Shown piece by piece: positions 53,901 through 63,714 of a DNA stretch of 64,000 bases; position 1 is the first letter of the stretch, and every line of letters begins with the position of its first letter. The stretch is taken from NCBI GenBank assembly GCA_020846005.1, contig JADLEQ010000081.1, positions 8,783 through 72,782 of the forward strand, given 5' to 3'. Position numbers and translations under genes: made by a program. The stretch is from Polyangiaceae bacterium. Lineage in GTDB: Bacteria; Myxococcota_A; Polyangia; Polyangiales; Polyangiaceae. The notes below the pieces were generated by a model. The model was not told where the DNA came from. It made no database searches and worked only from the letters and a program-made list of their open reading frames with translations.

Positions 53901-56471
53901 GGTCACCGCGTTGGCTCCGCTCACGACGCCCGCCGTGGTGACCGTCGCCGAGAAGATCCCCGTGGTGGTGGTGCTGGTGCTGGGGTCCCAATCGTAGAGG
54001 TACCAGGCCGCCAGGTAGAGCGTGCCGTTGAAGGCGACGGCCACGGACTCGCAGTTGTCTCCCGTGCCCAGCGTCAGCGCGGCGCCGACGGCGTTGCCGG
54101 TGGTCGACGAGACCCGCTGCGCCCGGATGGCGGGTGTCCCCGGGCCGCTCAGGGGGTACTCGGACCACGCGACCAGGAAGTCCGTTCCGCCCCCTGCGAC
54201 CGTCGGTTGGTACTCGTTCATCAGGGGATCGGCCACCACGAGCTTGGCCGTGGAGTCCGTGACGGCGCCCGCGGAGGTGACGCGCGCCGCGTAGATGTCG
54301 CCGTTCGTGCCCGAGTAGTAGTCCTGCCACACCACCAAGTAGGTGTTCCCGGCCCACGCGACGCTGGGGAACTGCTGGTTGCCCAGTCGACTGGTGATTG
54401 GGATCCCGGCCGGGTCGAGCACCGTCCCCGTCGGGCCCACGCGCACGGCGCGGATGTCGAGGCCGGTCGTCGCCGAGCTCCGTGGGTCGGTCCACACCAC
54501 GAGGTAGTTCGCGCCGTCGAACGCCGCGGTGGCCTCGAACTGCGTGATCGCCGACTTCGAGATCAGGATGCCGCTCGGGTCCGAGACGGTGCCCGTGCCG
54601 GTGACGCGCGTGCCGAAGACGTCCGTCGCCGTGGCGTCCACCCGGTTGTCGTTCCAGGCGGCGAACGTCGCGCCGCTCGACGTGGACGCCAGCCGCACCA
54701 CCGACTGGTCCTTCTCGGCGGCGCTCAACGTCACGACCGACCCGGTCGTCGCGCCGCCGGTCGTGTACCGGATCGCCTTGAGGTCGAGCCCGGTGGGTGA
54801 GGCGGAGGCGTTCTCCCCCCACGCCACCCAGAAGCGCGTCCCATCGAAGGAGATCGAGGGGTCGTCCTCCCACGCAGCCCCGGAGGTGATCGGGTCGCCC
54901 GTTCCGTCCAGCGACGCGCCCAAGGTCGAGTACCGGCCCGCGTAGATGTTCGTCTCGCCGCTCGCGGTGCCGTCGTATTGCGACCAGGCGACCGTGTAGT
55001 TGCCGCCGCCCGCGGCCACCGACGTGAGGTAGATCGGTGTACCGGGGGTACCGACCGCGCTGGTCCCCTCCGTCCAGCCGTTCGCGTTCACCCGGGCGAA
55101 CACGCCGTCGTTCTGGTAGGTGTACGAGACGCCCCACTGCGTCCCGTTCGCGGTGACGCTGGGGGCCGTCCGCCATCCCGCCAGCGAGGCGTCGATCGCG
55201 AACCCGGAGGCCTCCCACACGCCGCCCGTCGGCGTCACGCGCGCCCCCCACACGGCGAATTCGCCGGCGACCGAATCGCGCGAGTCGAGCCAGGCGACGA
55301 GGAAGTTCGTGCCGTTGTACGCGACCCGCGGAGTGTAGCGGTAGTTGACCGCGGTCCCGACGGTGAACCGGTTGCCGTCCATGGAGCCGTCCGGGTTCAC
55401 CAGCTGGGCCTCGATCGAGTACGTCGTCTGGTTGAGGAAGACGACCAGGTACTTCCCGCCCCCGTAGGCGATCCACGGGCTGGAGTACGAGCCACCCAGG
55501 GTCGCGATCGGGATCCCCGCCGCGTCGAGCACGGCGCCGGTCGCGTCGACGCGCGCGCCGTAGATCGCGGTGCTCGCGCCGTTGCGGTTGTCCTCCCAGA
55601 CCGTGAGGAACCCGGCGCCGTCGGTGGCGACAGCCGTCTGGTATTGTGAGTTGACGGCGCCACCGGAGATCGGCGTGTCCGTCCCGATCTCGGGGCCGAT
55701 CACCGGATCGAGGACGGCGGGGTACGCCGCGCCCTCGACGACCGCCGCGGGGACCCGGATCGCGATCGCCTCGCCGTCCCACGTCGGCACGACGGCGGTT
55801 CGCGCTCCTGCCGCGTCGACGAACGTGGCCATGCCGTAGCGCACGCCGAGGCGGGTGGCCTCGTCCCGAAAGTGGAGCCCGCCCCGGCTCGCCCCCGTGT
55901 ACGCGAGGCCGCTCGCGCGCACGCGCACGACCAGGTCGCCAGTGCCCGCGGGCCGGGTCGCCAGGTGCCACGACTGCTCGACGCCCTGCTCACCGTTGGC
56001 GAAGCGCTCGGTGATCGCGCCGCGCGGCAGCTCGAGCAGCGCCTTGCGCGCCGTCGGCGCGCCCGTCGGCGCCGCCGCCGCGGGCTCTCCGCGACCGAGG
56101 CCGACCGTCTCGAGCGTGAGCGCCTCGCCGACGACGGTCGGCCTGGGGGCGGCCCTCCCGCTGGCCGCCGTCCCGGAGTAGACGGGCCGGACGGCGAACG
56201 CGCCGGACGCCGAGACCTCTACCGAGTGCGACGCGTACCCGGCGACGAACTTGCCGCCGCGCGCCTCGAAGGCCAGCGAGAGGTCGCGGACGATGGCGCC
56301 CACGTCGAACGCCGGCTCCGCGGTCGCGGGCGCCTCGAGCGGAGGGGGCTCGGCGGGCGCCGCGGCCGGCGTGACAGGCTCCGGCGGGGCGCCGGCGGCG
56401 GGCCCCTCCGGTGCGGAGCACGCGGCGACCACGGCAGAGAACAAGGCAAGCGCGACGAGTCTTCCCGACAT
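50991..56471 (-). CDS. Giant (about 1826 aa) cell-surface lipoprotein with propeller-like repeats, Cys-rich repeats, a Gly/Ala/Ser linker and a MYXO-CTERM-type tail
   Basis: The likely start is the internal ATG giving MSGRLVALALFSAVVAAC (lipobox). About 14 repeats of about 50 aa follow the pattern xVAxxGxxFLVAWxDxR....YGARV..xGxV.D. There are about 10 Cys-rich units such as CDDSNPCTVDTCSSGSGCANTPLAAGASCSDGNLCNGAEAC (Dictyostelium/slime-mold-repeat-like). The C-terminus is QGCSCRVPGAPRSSAGALLVLALAAGLGAARRRRAA. Confidence 0.85.
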   Translation of the reverse strand: MSGRLVALALFSAVVAACSAPEGPAAGAPPEPVTPAAAPAEPPPLEAPATAEPAFDVGAIVRDLSLAFEARGGKFVAGYASHSVEVSASGAFAVRPVYSGTAASGRAAPRPTVVGEALTLETVGLGRGEPAAAAPTGAPTARKALLELPRGAITERFANGEQGVEQSWHLATRPAGTGDLVVRVRASGLAYTGASRGGLHFRDEATRLGVRYGMATFVDAAGARTAVVPTWDGEAIAIRVPAAVVEGAAYPAVLDPVIGPEIGTDTPISGGAVNSQYQTAVATDGAGFLTVWEDNRNGASTAIYGARVDATGAVLDAAGIPIATLGGSYSSPWIAYGGGKYLVVFLNQTTYSIEAQLVNPDGSMDGNRFTVGTAVNYRYTPRVAYNGTNFLVAWLDSRDSVAGEFAVWGARVTPTGGVWEASGFAIDASLAGWRTAPSVTANGTQWGVSYTYQNDGVFARVNANGWTEGTSAVGTPGTPIYLTSVAAGGGNYTVAWSQYDGTASGETNIYAGRYSTLGASLDGTGDPITSGAAWEDDPSISFDGTRFWVAWGENASASPTGLDLKAIRYTTGGATTGSVVTLSAAEKDQSVVRLASTSSGATFAAWNDNRVDATATDVFGTRVTGTGTVSDPSGILISKSAITQFEATAAFDGANYLVVWTDPRSSATTGLDIRAVRVGPTGTVLDPAGIPITSRLGNQQFPSVAWAGNTYLVVWQDYYSGTNGDIYAARVTSAGAVTDSTAKLVVADPLMNEYQPTVAGGGTDFLVAWSEYPLSGPGTPAIRAQRVSSTTGNAVGAALTLGTGDNCESVAVAFNGTLYLAAWYLYDWDPSTSTTTTGIFSATVTTAGVVSGANAVTATAGYSPDVASNGTEFLVAWDTGTSVLARRVSAANAVVGSQIEVVAGTGGNTDSAAVAYDGCRYGVVWADRRNGWDRVDVWGAWITASTGAVQDLGALVSDQGNEFPYDLVADNRSQFLLTYLGFDATPDIQALRVKSRYVSRLAALGDSCTATSQCSCGTCVDGVCCNTACAGGTTDCQACNVSGNVGFCTRLPSGTTCRAKSGDCDLAETCSGTATTCPSDAVATAGTACPDDGQGCSRDECDGSAKACGHPPVTAGTPCRPVAGECDVAESCDGTALACPTNAFKAAGTPCTDDGKTCSSDECNGTSATCAHPAEPAGTPCRAAAGACDVAEACNGTLLDCPANGYKAAGTPCADSDACNGAETCNASGSCQPGTALTCDDAEPCTTDSCAPGSGCVYTPVANGTSCNDGNACSSNDQCTAGVCAGSGGPNCDDSNPCTVDTCSSGSGCANTPLAAGASCSDGNLCNGAEACNGAGVCQAGLGLNCDDGNPCTADSCSPTTGCTNVPVGSGTECSDGNACNGLELCNAAGACEPGTAVDCNDTNPCTIDSCNTLNGQCTSTPRANGSSCSDGNACNGGETCQNGVCEDAPDLSCDDLNPCTQDSCNSVSGCEYTNSADGTGCNDSSVCTRTDACVAGACVGSDVTTCDDQNPCTTDSCDPTTGCAFVAVIDGAVCDDGNPCSSGDNCVAGVCTLTSGLDCNDNNPCTVDGCIPASQTCTNTPLTNGTACSDGNACTLVDSCASGVCLGGDAPDCADTNPCTVDACDPITGCTRTPDNGASCDDANPCTQGDACNADVCEGAGTTCVASDECHDPGVCEATTGACGAGAAVTDGTPCTGGQCVGGSCVPIADGGTEGGAGAAGASGAAGTSGAAGTGASGGTGGASGAAGSAGSSGASGSAGSSGTGGTGAADGGTTDGSIDPSQIFVPEKQGCSCRVPGAPRSSAGALLVLALAAGLGAARRRRAA

Positions 56472-56606
56472 CAAGGTCTCCGTGACGAGGCAGGCTGGGA
56501 TCGAACGGGCGCCGTCTCGCGACGGCGGGTGGTTGGACGACACGATCCGGTCCGGAGCGCGACCGCGGAGGCGGCGTGGGTGGGCCGCCCTGCGGAGCGC
56601 CCCAGG

Positions 56607-57710
56607 CTAGAAGGCGCCGTACACCCCCAGGGAACCTGGGCCCGCGTAGGGGCGGACGAACGACTGCTGGGCGGCCGGCGTCTCTCCGCCGTCGCCGAGG
56701 AGCATCAGCACGACGCCGGCGCCGATGCCGACCGCGCCGACGCCGAAGCCGACGAGGCTGAGCGTCTGCGCGCTGCCGGCGTCGTCGTACAGCTTCTGCG
56801 ACTCGCGCGCGGCGGGATCCGTCTTCAGGCACGGGTCGCCGCACTCCGCGAGCTTGGCGTCGGCGTCGCTCCGGCTCCCCGAGGAGGACAGCCCGAAGAT
56901 CGTCCCCGCGGCGAGCCCCAGCGCGCCCACGCCGAAGGCGACGTACGCCGTCACGGGGATCCCCCCGCTCGCCGCGCCGCCCGCGCCGGAGTCCTTCGTG
57001 GCCGGCTCGCCTCCGCCGCTCGCCGGCTCTCCGTCGGGCTTCGTCGCCGGCTCCTCTCCCGGCGGCTCGGCGGGCCCGGTGATCGCAGGCGGCGGCGCGC
57101 CCGCCTCGAGCGCGACCTCGACCGTCTCCTTCTGGCTCTCCTTCACGCTCACCTTGATGACCTTGCTCGCGTACCCGTTGGCGGTCGCGGCCACCTCGTG
57201 CTCGCCCGGGTCGACCGGCAGCGACACGCCGACCAGGTTCGGGTTGATCGCCTTGCCGTCGAGCACGACCTTGAGCCCCGCGGGTTTGTCGGCGCCGGTG
57301 ATCTTGATGCGCAGCCCGGGGATCCTGGGCTCGAGCGCCGCGAGCTCTTCCGCCGCGGACGCCTGCGCCTTGTGGAACGCGGCGGGGGCGCCGGCCGGCA
57401 GCGTCTCGCGGACCAGCTTCTGGTACGTCTCGCGCGCCTTCACCAGCTTGCTCTGCTTCTCGAGCGCGCGGGCGAGGAACAGCAGGTGCGTCGGCGCGTG
57501 CACGAGGGCCTCGGCGCGCGTGAAGAGCTCGGACGCCTCCGCCCACTTGCCGGCCTGGAACGCCTCGAGCCCCTCGGTTGCCGCGGCGCGGGCGCCGGCG
57601 CGCTCCTCGTCCGTCTGAGCGAAGACGGTGGCGGACCACAAGCTGGCGAGCAGCAGGGCGCCGCGGGCACCCAGCCGGCGCGGCATCGAGGAGAGAGTCG
57701 GCGCGGACAT
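56607..57710 (-). CDS. Secreted/membrane protein with an N-terminal TPR-like helix pair, a PEGA-like beta domain and C-terminal TM segments
   Basis: Internal ATG (MSAPTLSSMPRRLGARGALLLASLWSATVFAQ is a signal). VVLDGKAINPNLVGVSLPVDPGEHEVAATANGYASKVIKVSV is PEGA-like. Two Gly-rich TM segments lie near the C-terminus. It is directly upstream of the giant gene, on the same strand. Confidence 0.65.
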   Translation of the reverse strand: MSAPTLSSMPRRLGARGALLLASLWSATVFAQTDEERAGARAAATEGLEAFQAGKWAEASELFTRAEALVHAPTHLLFLARALEKQSKLVKARETYQKLVRETLPAGAPAAFHKAQASAAEELAALEPRIPGLRIKITGADKPAGLKVVLDGKAINPNLVGVSLPVDPGEHEVAATANGYASKVIKVSVKESQKETVEVALEAGAPPPAITGPAEPPGEEPATKPDGEPASGGGEPATKDSGAGGAASGGIPVTAYVAFGVGALGLAAGTIFGLSSSGSRSDADAKLAECGDPCLKTDPAARESQKLYDDAGSAQTLSLVGFGVGAVGIGAGVVLMLLGDGGETPAAQQSFVRPYAGPGSLGVYGAF

Positions 57711-57927
57711 CGGGCGCACTGTACTCCCACAGCGAGCGTCCCGAAATCGTGCCCCCGTCCCCGGCGTCTCGGGCCCCGAACCCGCGTCCGGGAGCTGCGC
57801 GCGGCTGCCCGCTCGCTCGCGGCCGTCTCGCCCGGCCCGCGAGACGGGGGCGCCCCGGCCGCCTGGGGAGGTTGCGGTCCGACCGGGCCCGGCCCTACGT
57901 TCCGGCCCCGGAAGGACAGGAGGAATC

Positions 57928-58515
57928 ATGGAATTCGAAGTCGCCCCGCTCCCCTACGCCAAGAACGCCCTCGAGCCGTTCATGAAGGCGGAGACCCTCG
58001 AGTTCCACTTCGAGAAGCACCACAAGGGCTACATGACGAACCTGAAGGGCCTGCTCGAGGGGAAGCCCGAGGCGTCGAGGCCCCTGGTCGAGGTCATCCG
58101 CGGGTCCTCGGGCGGGGTGTTCAACAACGCCGCGCAGGTCTGGAACCACACCTTCTTCTGGGACGGCCTCCGGCCCGGCGGGGGCGGGGAACCGGCGGGC
58201 GAGGTGGGCGACCTCCTGCGTCGGGACTTCGGCTCGTACGGCGCGTTCCGCGAGGCGTTCGTCAAGGCGGGCCTCGGCCGGTTCGGCTCGGGCTACGCGT
58301 GGCTCGTCCTCTCCGAGGGGAAGGCGAAGCTCATCGACACCCCGAACGCCGAGACGCCGCTCACCACCTCCGACGTGCCGCTCTTCACCGTCGACGTGTG
58401 GGAGCACGCCTACTACCTCGACCACCGGAACCTGCGGAAGGCGTTCCTCGAGACGGTGCTCGACCACCTCGTGAACTGGGAGTTCGTCGCGAAGAACCTG
58501 AGGTCCGCCGGCTGA
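57928..58515 (+). CDS. sodB: Fe/Mn superoxide dismutase (Fe-type features)
   Basis: GGAGG lies 6 nt upstream of the ATG. MEFEVAPLPYAKNALEPFMKAETLEFHFEKHHKGY, AQVWNHTFFW and DVWEHAYYLDHRN. Confidence 0.93.
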   Translation: MEFEVAPLPYAKNALEPFMKAETLEFHFEKHHKGYMTNLKGLLEGKPEASRPLVEVIRGSSGGVFNNAAQVWNHTFFWDGLRPGGGGEPAGEVGDLLRRDFGSYGAFREAFVKAGLGRFGSGYAWLVLSEGKAKLIDTPNAETPLTTSDVPLFTVDVWEHAYYLDHRNLRKAFLETVLDHLVNWEFVAKNLRSAG

Positions 58516-58632
58516 GCGCCCGCGCGAGCGGCCCGGCGCCGCGCCGGCGGACGCGCCCGGGCGAGGCCCGGTCGATTTCGTGCTTTCGTCAGCGCGTCCG
58601 TTTCTGCTAGACCGCCCGGCGGTCAGCACGAG

Positions 58633-59297
58633 ATGGCACAACCGACCGGTTTCCTCTCCACCACGGTAGGTCAGAAGGCGCTCATGGCGCTGAGCGGCCT
58701 CGCGCTGGTGGGCTTCGTGATCGCCCACATGCTGGGCAACCTCCAGGTGTTCCTGGGCCCCGAGGCGCTCAACGCCTACGCGCGCAGCCTGCGGGCGGTG
58801 CCCGCGCTGCTTTGGGCGGCTCGCGCCGTGCTGCTGCTGAGCGTGGTGGCGCACGTGAGCACGGCGATCCGGCTGGTTCAGCGCGCTGCGGCGGCCCGGC
58901 CGCAGGGCTACCGCCAGGCGCACCACGCGGCGACGACGTACGCCGCGCGGACGATGAAGATCTCCGGCCCGCTCCTCGCGCTGTTCATCGCCTATCACCT
59001 CGCGCACCTCACCTTCCCGGGCGTCGCCATGGGCGGCTACATCCACAGCCCGACGGACGTGTACGCGAACGTCGTCGCCGGCTTCTCGATCCCGTGGGTC
59101 GCCGGCATCTACGTCGTGGCGCAGGTCCTGCTCGCGCTCCACCTCTACCACGGCATCTGGAGCATGTTGCAGTCGCTCGGCGCCTCTCACCCCCGCATCG
59201 TCCAGCCGCGTCGTGCGCTCGCCCAGGGGCTCGCGCTCCTCGTGCTGGCCGGCAATCTCTCGATCCCGATCGGGGTCCAGCTCGGAGTGGTGCGCTG

Positions 59298-59298
<1 letters not shown>
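58633..59298 (+). CDS. sdhC: Succinate dehydrogenase/fumarate reductase dihaem cytochrome b subunit (single-anchor, type B)
   Basis: 221 aa with 5 TM segments. His residues sit in the TM helices ([31 protein letters not shown]). It is followed directly by sdhA, and no sdhD is present. Confidence 0.85.
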
Positions 59299-61228
<1,930 letters not shown>

Positions 61229-61229
<1 letters not shown>

Positions 61230-62029
61230 TGTCCGACAAGCTCAATCTGGTGCTCAACGTCTGGCGGCAGAAGGGGCCGAAAGACGCCGGCCGGTTCGTC
61301 CGATACGAGGTGAAGGACATCAGCACGCACATGTCGTTCCTCGAGATGCTCGACGTGCTGAACGAGCGCCTCCTCGCGCAGGGGGAGGAGCCGATCGCCT
61401 TCGACCACGACTGCCGGGAGGGGATCTGCGGCGCTTGCGGCGTGGTGATCGACGGATCGCCCCACGGCCCGTCCAAGCGGACGACGACGTGCCAGCTCCA
61501 CATGCGCTCGTTCCGTAGCGGCCAAGAGCTCACGGTGGAGCCGTGGCGCGCGGCGGCGTTCCCCGTGCTGCGCGATCTCGTCGTCGATCGGAGCGCGCTC
61601 GATCGGATCATCCAGGCGGGCGGCTACGTGGGGGTGAGGTCGGGGAGCCCGCGCGACGCGAACTCGATCCCGGTGCGCAAGGAGGACGCCGATCTCGCGA
61701 TGGATGCGGCGGCCTGCATCGGGTGCGGTGCGTGCGTAGCGGCGTGTCCCAACGCGAGCGCGAGCCTGTTCACCGCGGCCAAGATCTCGCACCTCGCGCT
61801 CTTGCCGCAGGGGCAGCCGGAGCGCCGCGAGCGCGCCATCGCGATGGTGGCTCGGATGGACGGCGAGGGCTTCGGCCACTGCACGAACCATGGGGAGTGC
61901 GAGTCGTCGTGCCCCAAGGGCATCTCGGTGGACAACATCGCCCGCATGAACCGCGAGTTCCTCGCGGCCGCCGCGGCGAGCCGGCGGCCTCTCGGCGCCG
62001 AGGCGAAGGACGACGACGGCGGGGCGTGA
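61229..62029 (+). CDS. sdhB: Succinate dehydrogenase iron-sulfur subunit
   Basis: The ATG overlaps the sdhA stop (TGATG). The Cys clusters are [22 protein letters not shown] and [12 protein letters not shown]. Confidence 0.93.
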
Positions 62030-62094
62030 GCGCCGCGGGCGGCGCCGGTCCCGCGGGGCGTGCGCTCCGCCGACCGGCGCCTCGGGCCCGGCGC

Positions 62095-62559
62095 CTACTC
62101 CGGCCGGACGGGCAGGATCGGCGCCCAACGCAGGCGATCGAGCAGGTCGTCGTCGACCAGCATGCCACGATCGCTGAAGTAGAGCGCGTTGTCCGCGGCT
62201 GCCTCGCGGAGCTCCGCGACGAAGAGGATGCCTTGGCCCTGCTCGTTGAACCCGAGCTGGACGATGGCGTTCTCGAGCCACTTGCCGCCGCCCTCGAACT
62301 CGAGCGTCTTCGGCAACGTGTAGTAGCCCTCCGCGGGCAGGCGCTTCAGCGTCTTCGCCCAGCTCGGCGAGCGGAGCGGCGTGGTCGGCTCGCCCCAGAA
62401 CCAGCGGTTCTTGCGGTTGGAGCCCGGCCGCACCACGAACTTGAGGCCGCCGTTGGACGGCTGACCGATGTAGACGAGCACCCCGGCGGGGAACGTATCC
62501 TCGTGACCGGGATAGGGCTGGGTGGTGCGATAGAGACCAGGGTCGGGCAGATCGAGCAT
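62095..62559 (-). CDS. Hypothetical soluble protein
   Basis: Internal ATG (MLDLPDPGLYRTTQPYPGHEDTFPAGVLVYIGQPSNGGLKFVVRPGSNRKNRWFWGE...). The composition is balanced and I recognise no family. Confidence 0.55.
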   Translation of the reverse strand: MLDLPDPGLYRTTQPYPGHEDTFPAGVLVYIGQPSNGGLKFVVRPGSNRKNRWFWGEPTTPLRSPSWAKTLKRLPAEGYYTLPKTLEFEGGGKWLENAIVQLGFNEQGQGILFVAELREAAADNALYFSDRGMLVDDDLLDRLRWAPILPVRPE

Positions 62560-62752
62560 GGTGGCTACTTTTCCCTCGGGGTTTCGGCCGGGCACGGTAG
62601 CGCAGCACGCGCCGGGTGCCCAGGTCCACCGTCCCTCCCGAGCGACCGGCGCGGGGGCCCACCCCGCCCGGGGCGCCCGGGCCGGGCGGGGCGCCGGGCC
62701 GGCCGGACGTGCGCCCCCATCGCGGGCGCCTTGGGCTAAGAGCGGCGGAGCG

Positions 62753-63709
62753 ATGTCGAGTCCGGTCCGGTTGGTGGGCGATCGCTACGAGCTCGCGGAG
62801 GTCGTCGGGCGCGGCGGGCACAGCGTCGTCTACCGCGGCGTCGATCGCCACGGGGGAGGCCAGGTCGCGATCAAGGTGCTGATCGACCGGGTCGCAGGCG
62901 ATCCGGAGTTCGGGGTCCGGCTCGTACGCGAGCAGCGCGCCGCGTCGGCGCTGGAGGGCACCGCGGCGGTGCGCGTGCACGGCGTGGCGAGCACCACCGA
63001 GGGCGCGCTCTGCCTGGTGATGGAGCTGTTGACGGGGCTCGATCTCGACGACCACCTCGCCGTGCTCGAGCGGGATGGGCGGCGGATGAGCGTGGAGGCC
63101 GTCGTCGAGTGCTTGACGCCCATCGTCGAGACGCTCGAGCGCGCGCACGCGCTGGGCATCGTCCACCGCGATCTCAAGCCCGGGAACGTGTTCCTGCTCG
63201 ACGAGGGCGCCGGCGGTGGGGTGCGCCTGCTCGATTTCGGGCTCGCGAAGGTCCCGAGCGCGCGCCCCCTCACTCGCGACGGCGTGATCCTCGGCTCGCC
63301 GAGCTACATAGCGCCCGAGGTGTGGCGCGGGAACCTGTCGGCCGCGGACCACAGGGTGGACGCGTACTCGCTCGCGGCGATCGTCTTCCGTGCGCTGGGC
63401 GGGCGGGTGCCGTTCGAGGCGCCGACCCCGCGCGAGAAGCTCGAGCTGGTGACGAAGGCGCCGCGCCCGAGCCTCCACGCCCTGCGGCCTGACTTGCCGC
63501 CGGACATCGATCGCTGGGTCGCCCAGGCGCTGGCGATCGATCCGGACTCGCGTTTTTACCGGGTGCGGGCGATGTGGGGCGCGCTCCTCGCAGCGCTGGG
63601 GTGGGCGTCTGAGACCGCCGCGCCGAGACGCACCGGCGCCGACGGAGGGCGTCGTGCCTCGTGGGATGCCGCTGCGCGCTCGTTCGCGCAGGGAAGATGG
63701 AAAGGGTGA
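62753..63709 (+). CDS. Ser/Thr protein kinase (Hanks-type), kinase domain only
   Basis: Internal ATG of ORF 62558..63709. The motifs are GRGGHSVVYRG (Gly loop), VAIKVL (VAIK), HRDLKPGNVFL (HRD), DFGLAK (DFG) and SPSYIAPE (APE). Confidence 0.88.
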   Translation: MSSPVRLVGDRYELAEVVGRGGHSVVYRGVDRHGGGQVAIKVLIDRVAGDPEFGVRLVREQRAASALEGTAAVRVHGVASTTEGALCLVMELLTGLDLDDHLAVLERDGRRMSVEAVVECLTPIVETLERAHALGIVHRDLKPGNVFLLDEGAGGGVRLLDFGLAKVPSARPLTRDGVILGSPSYIAPEVWRGNLSAADHRVDAYSLAAIVFRALGGRVPFEAPTPREKLELVTKAPRPSLHALRPDLPPDIDRWVAQALAIDPDSRFYRVRAMWGALLAALGWASETAAPRRTGADGGRRASWDAAARSFAQGRWKG

Positions 63710-63714
63710 ACAGC

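Noticed and set aside
58556-58580. Intrinsic terminator after sodB (CCGGGC-GAG-GCCCGG hairpin followed by TCGATTTCGTGCTTTCG)
   Set aside because: The stem is only 6 bp and the T-tract is interrupted. It is plausible but too weak to report as a feature without Term-seq or a folding calculation.
55872-58610. 912-aa plus-strand ORF spanning the giant-gene 5' end through sodB
   Set aside because: It is Arg/Gly/Glu-rich. It overlaps three well-supported genes in other frames or strands, including sodB with its own RBS and start.
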